DNA of 64,000 nucleotides from Burkholderiales bacterium (GTDB taxonomy: Bacteria > Pseudomonadota > Gammaproteobacteria > Burkholderiales > JAHFRG01): contig DASPRE010000054.1 in the NCBI GenBank assembly GCA_035624615.1, positions 9,584 to 73,583 on the forward strand. The letters are read 5' to 3'. Position 1 is the first letter of the stretch. Each line of letters starts with the position of its first letter. A program made the position numbers and the translations under genes. Below are positions 1-11,229 of this stretch, in pieces. The notes beneath the pieces were generated by a model. It made no database searches and was not told where the DNA came from. It was given only the letters and a program-made list of their open reading frames with translations.

Positions 1-303
1 GCGACGCACGATTATTGCAAGGTAGACGAGTAACGAATAAGCGAACGCATGCTCACCCAGCAGCGTGGCGTCTGCCACATCCATCAGCAGCCCCATTCCC
101 CATGCCGTGGCGAAACCTACTTTGCGTGGCCAGTAGATGCACCAATAAAGCAGTATTAAAGCTACAAAATCAGGTCTAATTAGCAGACCGAAGCCTGACC
201 AGGGCAGCAGGTTGAGGAAAAGCGCGAGCGCGAGGGATAGGACGATAATACTCGTTTTTACTGGCAGCAGAATTTCCTGCGCTTTTGCTGCTTGGCTGGA
301 CAT
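1..303 (-). CDS. mreD: Rod shape-determining protein MreD (partial; 3' end runs off the window)
   Basis: Own minus-strand translation from the ATG at 303..301 gives MSSQAAKAQEILLPVKTSIIVLSLALALFLNLLPWSGFGLLIRPDFVALILLYWCIYWPRKVGFATAWGMGLLMDV..., a hydrophobic MreD-like protein. Its start overlaps the mreC stop (ATGA), and the order mreB-mreC-mreD is canonical. It is absent from the ORF track because it is open at the window edge. Confidence 0.8.
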   Translation of the reverse strand, partial: MSSQAAKAQEILLPVKTSIIVLSLALALFLNLLPWSGFGLLIRPDFVALILLYWCIYWPRKVGFATAWGMGLLMDVADATLLGEHAFAYSLLVYLAIIVRR

Positions 304-1211
304 CAGTTACCTCTCCTGGCTTTTTTCGTCTTGGCCTCGGTCTTGGAAGACGGGTCTGCAATCAAGTTTTCAGGAGCCCGGGTCGGCGATGTCAACACCA
401 AAACTTGCCGATGCTGGTTTACCCCTGCACTCGGTGTGCAGAAGATGCGTGCAAACGCATAGGCAGCATCGCGTTCTATTTTGGAAACCACCGCGACCGG
501 CAAGCCATAAGGGTAAGTTCCATCAATGCCCGAGGTGACGAGTTGATCACCGGTTTGAAGATCGACATTGACCGGCATATAGCGCAGTTCCAGCCCGCCC
601 GCCTCCCCAGCGCCGAACACTACGGCGCGCAATCCGTTACGGACCACTTGTACAGGCACGGTCTGGTCCTTGTCGGTAATCAGCGTGACTTCACTGACGA
701 GGGGATAGGCGCGCGTTACCTGGCCGATAACTCCGATACTATCTACTACCGCTTGACCGGGCCTAATACTGTCCTCCCTGCCTTTGTCAATGACTATGCG
801 ACGCGAAAACAAGTCACGACCCGAGTAAAGAATTTCCGCAAGCGCCACATTTCCCTGAAAACTATCGCGAGCTTTAAGCAGCTGCCGCAGCTCATTATTT
901 TCCTGCTCCAGGGCTTGATAGCGTTGTAGTTGTGCGGCATTCAGCAGATTTTGCTGCTTCAGCCTGGCGTTTTCATCCGTGAGGTAAGTGTGGGTGGCAA
1001 AAAAATCGCTGACGCGACTCAAAATCAGGCCGGGCGCGGTGGCAAGCTTTTGTAAAGGGTAGATTACGACCGACAGCGACAGCCGGAATGTTTCGAGGTA
1101 TTTAAAGCGGGCGTCGGTAACGAAAAGCAGTAACGATAGCAGCGTGAAAAAAACCAGTCGAGTGAGAGGGCTCGGGCCGCGTTTAAAAAGAGGCGGTAGC
1201 TGGGTGTCCAT
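303..1211 (-). CDS. mreC: Rod shape-determining protein MreC
   Basis: 302-aa ORF with an N-terminal TM segment, a coiled-coil (LQRYQALEQENNELRQLL) and an MreC beta-barrel region (GQVTRAYPLVSEVTLITD...VTSGIDGTYPYGLPVA). It lies directly downstream of mreB. Confidence 0.9.
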   Translation of the reverse strand: MDTQLPPLFKRGPSPLTRLVFFTLLSLLLFVTDARFKYLETFRLSLSVVIYPLQKLATAPGLILSRVSDFFATHTYLTDENARLKQQNLLNAAQLQRYQALEQENNELRQLLKARDSFQGNVALAEILYSGRDLFSRRIVIDKGREDSIRPGQAVVDSIGVIGQVTRAYPLVSEVTLITDKDQTVPVQVVRNGLRAVVFGAGEAGGLELRYMPVNVDLQTGDQLVTSGIDGTYPYGLPVAVVSKIERDAAYAFARIFCTPSAGVNQHRQVLVLTSPTRAPENLIADPSSKTEAKTKKARRGN

Positions 1212-1308
1212 CAGTTTCGAGCTGCGTGTCCCAAGTCCCCGGTCAGGTTGTGCTCTGCAATTAGTCTAAATCCCGTATGAGACTCGCGACTCGAAGTTGA
1301 ACGGAAAA

Positions 1309-2397
<1,089 letters not shown>

Positions 2398-2488
2398 TTA
2401 TAATACCCTATTATGCTTGAAGATTTAAAGGTTTAAAAGGGCGTATTTCCGGTTTATTCCCGCAAGCAGGGGCCCTCTCCCAAAGGCT

Positions 2489-2791
2489 ATGGATAAGCAA
2501 AATTCGTCTTTGTCTTTAGACGACGTCAAACGCATTGCGTACCTGGCGCGAATCGCAATAGATGATTCGGAGGCAGCTGCGGTTCTCAAGCAGTTGTCGG
2601 GAATTTTTGCGCTCATCGGTCAAATGCAGGCGGTGGACACCACGGGCATCGAACCCATGTCGCATGCCCAGGATGTCGTGCTGCGGCTGCGCGACGACAA
2701 AGTAACTGAATCCGACCAGCACGAATTATTTCAGTCAATCGCGCCGCAGGTGGATACCGGTGTGTACCTCGTCCCCAAGGTCATAGAGTAA
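2489..2791 (+). CDS. gatC: Asp/Glu-tRNA(Asn/Gln) amidotransferase subunit C
   Basis: 100-aa ORF (LSLDDVKRIAYLARIAIDDSEAAAVLKQLSGIFALIGQMQAVDT) immediately upstream of gatA and gatB. Confidence 0.9.
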   Translation: MDKQNSSLSLDDVKRIAYLARIAIDDSEAAAVLKQLSGIFALIGQMQAVDTTGIEPMSHAQDVVLRLRDDKVTESDQHELFQSIAPQVDTGVYLVPKVIE

Positions 2792-2849
2792 AGGATTGGA
2801 TAAGCAGCGGCGCAGCCCCCGCTACTTGCGCGCTTGGAAAAATCGTTGA

Positions 2850-4304
2850 ATGCTCAATTACAGTTTAAAACAGCTATCCGAGCTGCTTGCCGCGAAAAAA
2901 ATTTCCAGTGTCGAGCTCACCCAGGAATTTCTTCGACGCATCGCAGGCCTCAACTCGCGGTACAACGCGTTTATCACCGTAGACGAACAAGCGAGCTTGC
3001 AGCAGGCGCGCGCGGCAGATTCCAAGATCGTGCAAGGCCTGGCGCAGCCTTTAACCGGCATTCCCGTTGCGCAAAAAGACATTTTCTGCGCTAAAGGTTG
3101 GCGAACCACATGCGGCTCGAAAATTCTTTCCAATTTCGTTGCGCCTTACGATGCCCACGTGGTGCAGCGCCTCAACGAAACGGGAATGGTCAATCTGGGC
3201 AAGACCAACATGGATGAATTCGCGATGGGTTCATCCAATGAGACGTCGTTCTATGGTCCGGTGAAAAACCCCTGGGATACCAAAACCGTTCCCGGCGGCA
3301 GCTCCGGCGGCTCTGCGTGCGCGGTTGCCGCGCGCATGGCGCCCGCAGCGACTGGCACCGACACCGGCGGTTCCATTCGCCAGCCCGCAGCGCTTTGTGG
3401 AATATCGGGAATAAAGCCGACCTACGGCCTGGTATCACGCTACGGCATGATTGCCTTTGCGTCCAGCCTCGATCAAGGTGGCCCGATGGCGAAAAGCGCG
3501 GAAGATCTCGCGCTGATGTTGAATGTCATGGCCGGGTTCGACGAGCGTGATTCAACCAGCCTGAAACGTCCAGTAGAAGATTATACCCGCGACCTGGGGA
3601 AGCCGCTGACTGGGCTTAAAATCGGACTGCCGCAAGAATATTTTGCCGAAGGCTTAAGCGACGATGTAGCGCGGGCGGTGGATGCTGCCGTTGGACAATA
3701 TCAGAAACTTGGCGCAACCACAGTTGATATCTCGCTTCCGAACACCAGGCTCTCGATTCCGGTGTATTACGTGCTTGCTCCGGCGGAAGCTTCGTCTAAT
3801 CTGTCTCGCTACGATGGCGTGCGTTACGGTTACCGCGCGCCGAAATACAACGATCTTCTCGACATGTACTGCAAGACCCGCGCCCAGGGATTTGGGGCTG
3901 AAGTAAAACGCCGCATACTTATCGGCACCTATGTCTTGTCGCACGGCTACTACGATGCGTATTACCTCAAGGCGCAGAAACTGCGGCGGCTGATTGCGCA
4001 GGATTTCGCACAGGCCTTTAAAAAATGCGATGTCGTCATGGGGCCCACCAGTCCGACCACCGCGTTCAATCTCGGCGAAAAATCGGGCGATCCGGTGCAG
4101 ATGTATCTATCAGACATTTACACCATCGCGGTGAACCTTGCCGGTCTTCCCGGAATGTCGATTCCCTGCGGCTTTGGCGATAAGAAACTTCCGGTGGGCC
4201 TGCATATCATCGGCAATTATTTCAGTGAAGCGCGCATGCTGAATATCGCGCACCAGTACCAGCTGGTGACGGATTGGCATAGCCGCATGCCGGAGGGAAT
4301 CTGA
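2850..4304 (+). CDS. gatA: Asp/Glu-tRNA amidotransferase subunit A (amidase family)
   Basis: 484 aa with the amidase signature [13 protein letters not shown] and the [15 protein letters not shown] motif; sits in the gatCAB order. Confidence 0.95.
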   Translation: MLNYSLKQLSELLAAKKISSVELTQEFLRRIAGLNSRYNAFITVDEQASLQQARAADSKIVQGLAQPLTGIPVAQKDIFCAKGWRTTCGSKILSNFVAPYDAHVVQRLNETGMVNLGKTNMDEFAMGSSNETSFYGPVKNPWDTKTVPGGSSGGSACAVAARMAPAATGTDTGGSIRQPAALCGISGIKPTYGLVSRYGMIAFASSLDQGGPMAKSAEDLALMLNVMAGFDERDSTSLKRPVEDYTRDLGKPLTGLKIGLPQEYFAEGLSDDVARAVDAAVGQYQKLGATTVDISLPNTRLSIPVYYVLAPAEASSNLSRYDGVRYGYRAPKYNDLLDMYCKTRAQGFGAEVKRRILIGTYVLSHGYYDAYYLKAQKLRRLIAQDFAQAFKKCDVVMGPTSPTTAFNLGEKSGDPVQMYLSDIYTIAVNLAGLPGMSIPCGFGDKKLPVGLHIIGNYFSEARMLNIAHQYQLVTDWHSRMPEGI

Positions 4305-4305
4305 C

Positions 4306-5739
4306 ATGCAGTGGGAGATCGTCGTCGGGCTGGAAACTCACGTGCAACTTTTGACGCGCTCGAAAATATTTTCCGGCGCCTCGACCGCATTTGGCGCTGC
4401 ACCCAATACGCAGGCGTGCGCAGTGGATATCGCACTGCCTGGGGTGCTGCCGGTTTTGAACAAAGCCGCTGTGGAAAAAGCCATCATGTTCGGTCTGGCG
4501 GTTGATGCAAAAATCAACCGGCGCTCGGTGTTTGCGCGCAAGAATTATTTTTATCCCGATTTGCCCAAGGGCTACCAGATCAGTCAATACGAGATTCCTA
4601 TCGTGCAAGGCGGCCATTTGCGGATTGTGGTGGGAGATGCCGAAAAGACTGTGCGGCTCACCCGCGCGCATCTGGAAGAAGACGCCGGCAAGTCACTGCA
4701 CGAAAATTTTCAGGATTCAACCGGAATCGATCTCAACCGTGCAGGCACTCCGCTGCTTGAGATTGTCTCCGAGCCGGATATGCGAAGCGCGGCAGAAGCC
4801 GTTGCTTATGCCAAAGCTTTGCATTCGCTAGTTCGTTGGATCGATATCTGCGACGGCAATATGCAGGAAGGTTCTTTCCGTTTCGACGCCAACGTCTCAG
4901 TGCGTCGTCTGGGCGAGTCGCTGGGCACGCGCTGCGAAATAAAGAATCTCAACTCATTCCGGTTCCTCGAACATGCCATCGAATTTGAAGCTCGGCGCCA
5001 GATCGGAATTCTAGAAGACGGTGGTGTAATCGAGCAGGAAACGCGGCTCTATGATCCTGACAAGGATGAGACGCGCTCGATGCGCACCAAGGAGGAAGCG
5101 CACGACTATCGCTATTTTCCTGATCCAGACCTGCTGCCGCTAGATGTGACACAGACGTGGATCGACGAGGTGAAGGAGGTTTTGACCGAACTGCCGCAGG
5201 CGAGGCGCGAGCGCTACCAGCGCGAGTACGGCCTCTCCGCCTATGACACTAGCCTACTGACGGATTCCCAGAGGAAAGCCGACTTTTTTGAATTCGCAGT
5301 CAAGTTGCTCAGCGGGCCCAGCGCAAAGACGGTTGCGAATTGGGTGAACGGCGAGCTTTCCGCAATTCTCAACGATCGCGGAATTGATTTCCCGCAGCTT
5401 CCTTTGGAGCCAATCAAATTTGCGGATTTCATGAAGCTGGTTGTTGACGGAGTCATCTCCGGCAAGGCTGCAAAGGAAGTATTGCGCCGAATGACCGATG
5501 GAGAGGGTGACGCTGAAAGGATTGTCGAAAGACACGGTCTTACGCAGATCTCTGACGTGGGAGAAATCGAGAAAAAGGTTGATGAGGTGCTTACGGCTAA
5601 TCCTAAGCAAGTCGAGGATTACCGTGCCGGAAAAGAAAAGGCCTTCAATTCACTCGTCGGCCAAGTAATGAAAGCGACCAAAGGCAAGGCGAATCCCCAG
5701 CAACTTACTGAAATTTTGAAACGCAAGCTGGCGATTTGA
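4306..5739 (+). CDS. gatB: Asp/Glu-tRNA amidotransferase subunit B
   Basis: 477 aa; [22 protein letters not shown]... and [18 protein letters not shown] are typical GatB. The start lies 1 nt after the gatA stop. Confidence 0.95.
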   Translation: MQWEIVVGLETHVQLLTRSKIFSGASTAFGAAPNTQACAVDIALPGVLPVLNKAAVEKAIMFGLAVDAKINRRSVFARKNYFYPDLPKGYQISQYEIPIVQGGHLRIVVGDAEKTVRLTRAHLEEDAGKSLHENFQDSTGIDLNRAGTPLLEIVSEPDMRSAAEAVAYAKALHSLVRWIDICDGNMQEGSFRFDANVSVRRLGESLGTRCEIKNLNSFRFLEHAIEFEARRQIGILEDGGVIEQETRLYDPDKDETRSMRTKEEAHDYRYFPDPDLLPLDVTQTWIDEVKEVLTELPQARRERYQREYGLSAYDTSLLTDSQRKADFFEFAVKLLSGPSAKTVANWVNGELSAILNDRGIDFPQLPLEPIKFADFMKLVVDGVISGKAAKEVLRRMTDGEGDAERIVERHGLTQISDVGEIEKKVDEVLTANPKQVEDYRAGKEKAFNSLVGQVMKATKGKANPQQLTEILKRKLAI

Positions 5740-5750
5740 GCCGGGAAAAA

Positions 5751-6386
5751 CTATTTTGTGCTGCCGGTGGGAGCAGGCTGGGTCAACTCGATGTAACGCT
5801 TCCTGTCCGCTTCAAATCGCTTGCGGAGCTCTTCCGTATCAACGCGCTTTTGCACAATAGCTACTTCGAGATCCTGCTTGTTTTTCTCCAGGATCTCAAT
5901 GTCCTGGCGTAATGCGTCCGGCACCGGCTCGTTTTGCCGCGCATAAGCTGCAGCATTTTTGCGGCTCGCGGCAAGTTGATCTTCTACCGTTTTTAGCTGC
6001 GCTTGGGTATCGTTGAGCACTTGCTCTATTTGCTTCAGGTTGCGGTCGCGCGCCAGGTCAATTTCCTCGACGCTTGTGTAAGTACCCAACAAGATTGCGT
6101 CCCGGCGCTTATCTTCCGTCTGTTGTTTGTGTTTAGCTAACTCGTCGTCTCTCGCCTTGATCTGCTCGGGGGTGAGCGCCGGATCATTCTTTTTGATGAC
6201 CACGCCCCCTTTGTTCAGCTCTTCATTGGCGCGGTTTTGGTATTGCGGGGGAATGGTATCTCCATAATGCGTGACGCCATGCTCATCCACCCATTTATAC
6301 ATCACGGCAAAGCCGGGAATGGCCTGCATGACTAAAAACAACAGCACGGCGACGTGCCTGATTGCGCACACTGATTTAAGCGGCAT
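5751..6386 (-). CDS. DUF4124 domain-containing secreted coiled-coil protein
   Basis: Signal peptide followed by MYKWVDEHGVTHYGDTIP (DUF4124 hallmark), then a charged coiled-coil. The start was taken at the internal ATG at 6386. Confidence 0.7.
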   Translation of the reverse strand: MPLKSVCAIRHVAVLLFLVMQAIPGFAVMYKWVDEHGVTHYGDTIPPQYQNRANEELNKGGVVIKKNDPALTPEQIKARDDELAKHKQQTEDKRRDAILLGTYTSVEEIDLARDRNLKQIEQVLNDTQAQLKTVEDQLAASRKNAAAYARQNEPVPDALRQDIEILEKNKQDLEVAIVQKRVDTEELRKRFEADRKRYIELTQPAPTGSTK

Positions 6387-7029
6387 TTGCGTCAACACCA
6401 TATGTCTGGCGGTACTTCCGCACTGCGAGCAAATTATGGACCAGTTCTTCCTTGGTTTGGAGGTAACTTAGAACGTCGTCCAGGGTAATGATGCTGATAA
6501 CAGGCAGCTCGTATTTCATTTTGATCTCCTGAACGGCCGAGAGCTCGCCGCTGCCTCGCTCCATTCGGTCCAAAGCAATTACCAGGCAACAGGGCGTCGC
6601 CCGGTTTGCGCGAATGAGCTGCACCGAATCGCGCACTGATGTGCCTGCGGAAATCACATCGTCCACGATCAACACACGCCCACTCAGCGGCGCCCCAACC
6701 AACGCGCCGCCTTCGCCGTGGTCCTTGGCCTCCTTGCGGTTAAAGCAAAACGGCACATTGTGACCATTTTGCGCAAGCGCAATGGCAGTACCTGCAACCA
6801 GCGGTATGCCTTTGTAGGCGGGCCCGAACAGGACGTCAAACTGTATCTTAGCGGACAATATGGCTTTAGCGTAAAATTGCGCAAGCCCGAAAAGCGACTC
6901 GCCATCATGAAATGAACCGGCATTGAAAAAATACGGTGATAAACGTCCGGCTCTAGTTTTGAATTCACCAAAGCGCAGCACATTTTTGCTTACAGCGAAG
7001 CGAATGAAATCCTGCTTAAAATCGGACAT
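6376..7029 (-). CDS. pyrE: Orotate phosphoribosyltransferase
   Basis: MSDFKQDFIRFAVSKNVLRFGEFKTRAGRLSPYFFNAG... with the PRPP-binding loop VLIVDDVISAGTS. The start was taken at 7029. Confidence 0.9.
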   Translation of the reverse strand: MSDFKQDFIRFAVSKNVLRFGEFKTRAGRLSPYFFNAGSFHDGESLFGLAQFYAKAILSAKIQFDVLFGPAYKGIPLVAGTAIALAQNGHNVPFCFNRKEAKDHGEGGALVGAPLSGRVLIVDDVISAGTSVRDSVQLIRANRATPCCLVIALDRMERGSGELSAVQEIKMKYELPVISIITLDDVLSYLQTKEELVHNLLAVRKYRQTYGVDANAA

Positions 7030-7066
7030 TCCGAAGCGCACTTAAAAAGCCAATGACTACCACAGT

Positions 7067-7843
7067 ATGTTACGCATAATCACCTTAAACCTCAACGGTA
7101 TCCGGTCGGCGGTCACGAAGGGATTTCTCGGCTGGCTCGCTAAATCCGATGGTGACATCGTTTGTCTGCAAGAAATAAAAACGCAAGCAAACGACATGAA
7201 GCCCAACCTGCTTAGACCGCCACGCTACGAGGGATACTTTCACTATGCAGAAAAGAAAGGCTACAGCGGAGTCGGGATATATTGCGCCGTCAAGCCGGAT
7301 AAGGTGATTACGGGACTAGACATTGCCGATATTGATTCGGAAGGCAGATACTTGCGATGCGATTTCGGAAATTTAAGTGTGGTTTCCGTTTATCTTCCCT
7401 CCGGATCAAGTTCGGAAGAAAGGCAAGCTGTGAAGTTTAGCTTCATGCGGAGGTTTTTCCCGCATTTGCGCGACATCGCCAAGAGTGGCAGGGAGTTCAT
7501 TCTGTGCGGCGACTGGAACATCGCACACAAGGAAATTGATTTAAAAAACTGGCGCGGCAATCAGAAAAATTCAGGTTTTCTTCCCGAAGAGCGCGCTTGG
7601 CTTACCCGAGTATTTGATGAACTCGGTCTGGTGGATGTGTTCAGGCTTCTGAATAAGCAACCGGAGCAATATACCTGGTGGTCTAATCGCGGCCAGGCAT
7701 GGGCCAAAAATGTCGGGTGGCGCATTGATTATCATATTGCAACACCAGGAATCGCGGAGAAGGCAAAGCGCGCGAGTATTTATAAAACCAAGCGTTTCTC
7801 AGACCATGCTCCGCTTACTATAGATTACGCCTGCCGCCTTTAA
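7067..7843 (+). CDS. xthA: Exodeoxyribonuclease III
   Basis: 258 aa; MLRIITLNLNGIRSA...DIVCLQEIK...SDHAPLTIDY are ExoIII/AP-endonuclease motifs. Confidence 0.9.
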   Translation: MLRIITLNLNGIRSAVTKGFLGWLAKSDGDIVCLQEIKTQANDMKPNLLRPPRYEGYFHYAEKKGYSGVGIYCAVKPDKVITGLDIADIDSEGRYLRCDFGNLSVVSVYLPSGSSSEERQAVKFSFMRRFFPHLRDIAKSGREFILCGDWNIAHKEIDLKNWRGNQKNSGFLPEERAWLTRVFDELGLVDVFRLLNKQPEQYTWWSNRGQAWAKNVGWRIDYHIATPGIAEKAKRASIYKTKRFSDHAPLTIDYACRL

Positions 7844-7861
7844 CCGACTGCGCTTGAAATC

Positions 7862-9121
7862 GTGCACTCGTCACCCGAAAAGACCAACGCCTATCTTGAG
7901 ATCTTCCGCAACCGGCGCATTGCAGTGGTGTTGTTATTCGGGTTTTCCTCGGGCCTTCCGCTCGCACTGACCGGCAGCACGTTGCAGGCATGGCTGACGG
8001 TCTCCAATATTGATATCCAAACGATCGCCTGGTTTTCTTGGATCGGCGTGCCTTATCTCGCCAAATTCCTCTGGTCGCCGCTCATGGATCGATTCATACC
8101 ACCTTGGCTAGGACGGCGGCGCGGCTGGATGCTGGCCACGCAGCTCGCACTAGCGCTTGGCATCATCGCCATGGGCCTGACTTCTCCCGAGCGCTCGCTG
8201 CTGCTGTTGGGAATGTTGGCGTTGTACGTGGCTTTTGCTTCCGCTTCGCAAGATATCGTGGTGGATGCCTATCGCACTGATCTGTTGAACCCGCCCGAAC
8301 GCGGCATGGGCGCGGCGGTAAGTGTGCTGGGGTATCGCATCGCGATACTGGTATCAGGAGGACTCGCGTTGATTCTCGCCGACCAGATCGGCTGGAGATC
8401 CACCTTTTTTTTGATGGCGCTTGTTATGGGCGTGGGCATATTGACTTCGCTGTTTGCGCCCGAGCCGCAAACTCCCGCTGCAACACCGCGCAATTTGCAA
8501 TCTGCAGTTGTGGAACCACTTAAGGATTTTTTCTCGCGCGAGGGCGCAATACTGTTACTGCTGCTAATTATTCTTTACAAATTCGGCGACGCATTGGCAG
8601 CCACCCTCACTACTGCATTTCTGATACGTGGCGTTGGTTTTTCGCCCACGGATGTGGGCGTTATCAACAAAGGACTGGGGCTGGTGGCGCTTCTCACCGG
8701 CGCACTGATCGGCGGGATGCTACTCACGCGCATGAGTCTTTTCCGTGCACTGATGTGGTTCGGCTGGCTGCAGGCGGTATCAAATCTCTCGTTTATGTTT
8801 CTTGCCTGGGCGGGGAACAGCTATCCTTGGCTGGTGTTTGCGGTGGGATTTGAGAATTTGGCGAGCGGCATGGGCACCGCTGCATTTGTCGCGTTTGCCA
8901 TGAGCCTGTGCAATCACAGATTCAGTGCAACGCAGTACGCGCTGCTCTCGGCTTTGGCGTCTCTCGGGCGGGTATTGTTTGGGCCGATAACAGGAGAAGC
9001 TGTAGTGCTCCTTGGCTGGGCAAATTTCTTTTTTATCACGTTTCTTGCGGCGCTGCCTGGACTGTGGCTGCTGTGGCTGCTGCGCAAGCAGATTCCCGTC
9101 ATTGAAAAAAGCCGCAGTTAG
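7862..9121 (+). CDS. ampG: AmpG-family muropeptide/MFS permease
   Basis: 419 aa and polytopic. The N-terminus FRNRRIAVVLLFGFSSGLPLALTGSTLQAWL and DRFIPPWLGRRRGW match the AmpG family. GTG start. Confidence 0.8.
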   Translation: MHSSPEKTNAYLEIFRNRRIAVVLLFGFSSGLPLALTGSTLQAWLTVSNIDIQTIAWFSWIGVPYLAKFLWSPLMDRFIPPWLGRRRGWMLATQLALALGIIAMGLTSPERSLLLLGMLALYVAFASASQDIVVDAYRTDLLNPPERGMGAAVSVLGYRIAILVSGGLALILADQIGWRSTFFLMALVMGVGILTSLFAPEPQTPAATPRNLQSAVVEPLKDFFSREGAILLLLLIILYKFGDALAATLTTAFLIRGVGFSPTDVGVINKGLGLVALLTGALIGGMLLTRMSLFRALMWFGWLQAVSNLSFMFLAWAGNSYPWLVFAVGFENLASGMGTAAFVAFAMSLCNHRFSATQYALLSALASLGRVLFGPITGEAVVLLGWANFFFITFLAALPGLWLLWLLRKQIPVIEKSRS

Positions 9122-9124
9122 CTT

Positions 9125-9754
9125 TTATGTTGCCTTCTCAAAACGGTACACGGCGATGCTCCCAAGCAGATTGGGAAACAGTTTGACGACGCTTTCTGCC
9201 GTTATTACCACCCGTTCCAAGATTCGCACGGCGTGTTCCGCGCAGAACGCCTCGAAATCATCGATCGTGCACAGATGCACGTTGGGTGTGTCGTACCACT
9301 GATAGGGGAGATTTTTGGACACCGGCATGCGGCCACCGAATACCTGCCAGCGCGCGCGCCAATAGCCGAAGTTGGGAAAAGTAACAATACCTTCGCGCCC
9401 CACCCGCAAAATTTCCTTGACAATGCTCTCGGTATGGCGCATTGCCTGCAGGGTCTGCGACAAAATGACGTAATCGAAAGAGTTAGACTCGAACCCGGAA
9501 AGCCCGGTTTCCAGGTCATTTTGAATCACGTTTACTCCGTTCCTGATGCACGCCAGAATGTTCGCGTCATCAATTTCCACACCGTAGCCGCGGACCGAGA
9601 GGGATTGCTTGAGATAGCGAAGCAATACTCCGTCCCCGCAGCCCAGGTCTAGAACTTTTGATCCGGGCTTGATCCAGGCAGCGATGGCGGCAAAATCAGT
9701 GCGCTCCTTGAGCGCGGGATCGTGCAGGATCGGTTCGCCGAGTTCGGCGTTCAT
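9125..9754 (-). CDS. metW: Methionine biosynthesis protein MetW
   Basis: 209 aa with the SAM-MTase-like fold motif VLDLGCGDG. Its start overlaps the metX stop, giving the canonical metXW pair. Confidence 0.9.
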   Translation of the reverse strand: MNAELGEPILHDPALKERTDFAAIAAWIKPGSKVLDLGCGDGVLLRYLKQSLSVRGYGVEIDDANILACIRNGVNVIQNDLETGLSGFESNSFDYVILSQTLQAMRHTESIVKEILRVGREGIVTFPNFGYWRARWQVFGGRMPVSKNLPYQWYDTPNVHLCTIDDFEAFCAEHAVRILERVVITAESVVKLFPNLLGSIAVYRFEKAT

Positions 9755-10944
9755 ATCTTGATGTTCCCGAAGTATGCGCGCAGCAGTGCGTGGTAGTGAG
9801 GGTCATCCAGCAGGAACGCATCGTGGCCGTGCTGCGCGTTGATTTCGGCGTAACTCACGTCAAGCTCGTTGTCGAGCAGAGCTTTGACGATTTCCCGGGA
9901 ACGCGCGGGAGGGAAACGCCAGTCGGAAGTGAACGAAGCGACAAAAAAGCCGGCTTTGGCACGCTCGAGCGCTGCCGTAAAGTCGCCGCTGTAATTATGT
10001 GCTGGGTCGAAATAGTCCAGCGCCTTGGTCATCAACAAATAAGTATTGGCATCGAAGCGTGAGGCAAATTTTTCACCTTGGTAGCGCAGGTACGATTCGA
10101 CCTCGAATTCGACATCGAAGTGGAAATTATATGTCCCTGAACGCAGTGCGCGTCCGAATTTTTCCATCATTACGTCATCGGATAGATAGGTGATATGCCC
10201 GAGCATGCGCGCCACGCTTAGACCATTCTTCGGCGTCACGCCATATTTGTAATAATTCCCGCCGTGGAAATCCGGGTCAGTCATGATGGCTTGGCGCGCT
10301 ACTTCGCTGAAAGCGATGTTCTGCGCGGAGAGCTTGGGTGCGGCGGCAATTACCAGCGCGTGGCGCATGCGATCAGGATAGGTGATTGCCCATTGCAGGG
10401 CCTGCATCGCACCAAGGCTGCCGCCGATGCTTCCGGCAAAACATTCGATGCCGAGGTGGTCAGCAAGCCGTGCCTGCGCCTCTACCCAGTCTTCCACCGT
10501 GACCACAGGGAAATCCGCGCCATAAGGATTGCCGGTTTTGGGATTGATGCTCGAAGGCCCAGTCGAGCCGTGACAGCCGCCGAGATTGTTCACGCCGACG
10601 ACGAAAAAGCGGTTGGTGTCCAGTGGTTTTCCAGGCCCCACCAGATTGTCCCACCAGCCGACGTTATTCGGATCATCGGCATAATAGCCTGCGACATGAT
10701 GTGTGCCCGAAAGCGCATGGCAAATCAGCACGGCGTTGGATTTGGATGCATTGAGGGTACCGTAAGTCTCATAAACCAGGTCGTAGCTATCCAGCGCCGA
10801 GCCACACTTAAACGCGAGTGGTGTTTTGAAATGCGCCATCTGTGGCACGACGATTCCGACGGAATTCTCGGAAGCAGGACGGTCCGCGGTTGCGGGATCA
10901 AAAATTCGTTGGGAAATACTCAGTTCCATTTCTTGCGTCTTCAT
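9751..10944 (-). CDS. metX: Homoserine O-acyl(acetyl/succinyl)transferase MetX
   Basis: 397 aa alpha/beta hydrolase; [16 protein letters not shown]...[12 protein letters not shown]...HGHDAFLLD are MetX motifs. Acyl-donor specificity cannot be called from sequence by eye. Confidence 0.9.
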   Translation of the reverse strand: MKTQEMELSISQRIFDPATADRPASENSVGIVVPQMAHFKTPLAFKCGSALDSYDLVYETYGTLNASKSNAVLICHALSGTHHVAGYYADDPNNVGWWDNLVGPGKPLDTNRFFVVGVNNLGGCHGSTGPSSINPKTGNPYGADFPVVTVEDWVEAQARLADHLGIECFAGSIGGSLGAMQALQWAITYPDRMRHALVIAAAPKLSAQNIAFSEVARQAIMTDPDFHGGNYYKYGVTPKNGLSVARMLGHITYLSDDVMMEKFGRALRSGTYNFHFDVEFEVESYLRYQGEKFASRFDANTYLLMTKALDYFDPAHNYSGDFTAALERAKAGFFVASFTSDWRFPPARSREIVKALLDNELDVSYAEINAQHGHDAFLLDDPHYHALLRAYFGNIKI

Positions 10945-11052
10945 CCCCGGTCGTTCTGCGTTGCCTGATCCGGACAGGAAGAGGCGACGCTTTAGCGATA
11001 TTTGTAAATCGCCTGCAAGTTGTCATTTAACTCGGCGATATGACCGGCAAGT

Positions 11053-11087
11053 AAAAATAAAAAACCCGCTTGTTTGGCGAGCGGGTA
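11053..11087 (-). terminator. Rho-independent terminator downstream of the pts operon
   Basis: Minus strand reads ACCCGCT-CGCCAAACA-AGCGGGT followed by TTTTTTATTTTTAC. Confidence 0.7.
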
Positions 11088-11229
11088 TCATCTTTTAGCT
11101 GTATTTATTTAGCGCCCGCAAGCCGGTACAAATCGGCGCTTGATTGCAGGTTACTTTGCAGGTCGGCTTTTGTCAAGCAAATCGGCCTGCTCACACTTCA
11201 AAGGAACGCGTTCTTTGCCTTTTTATAAC

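Noticed and set aside
176-361. A 61-aa minus-strand ORF at the mreC/mreD junction.
   Set aside because: It is out of frame with, and fully overlapped by, the mreD and mreC reading frames, which have clear family-typical sequences. The translation is Arg/Pro-rich junk.
3407-3413. Additional GGGAATA / TATTCCC occurrences: 3407 in gatA, 13611 at the EIIA RBS, and 33602 in ubiB.
   Set aside because: None is followed by GTAAT at 17 nt. All are inside coding sequence or form part of a Shine-Dalgarno region, so they are chance matches and not part of the ECF motif set.
10945-11052. A possible SAM-type riboswitch in the metX leader. The hairpin GCGAU-UUACAAAU-AUCGC is followed by UAAAGCG, with an enclosing GGCGA...UCGCC stem.
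   Set aside because: Only short generic hairpins are present. The order and identity of the elements do not match the SAM-II pseudoknot consensus as I remember it. No clear promoter or terminator context supports a riboswitch.
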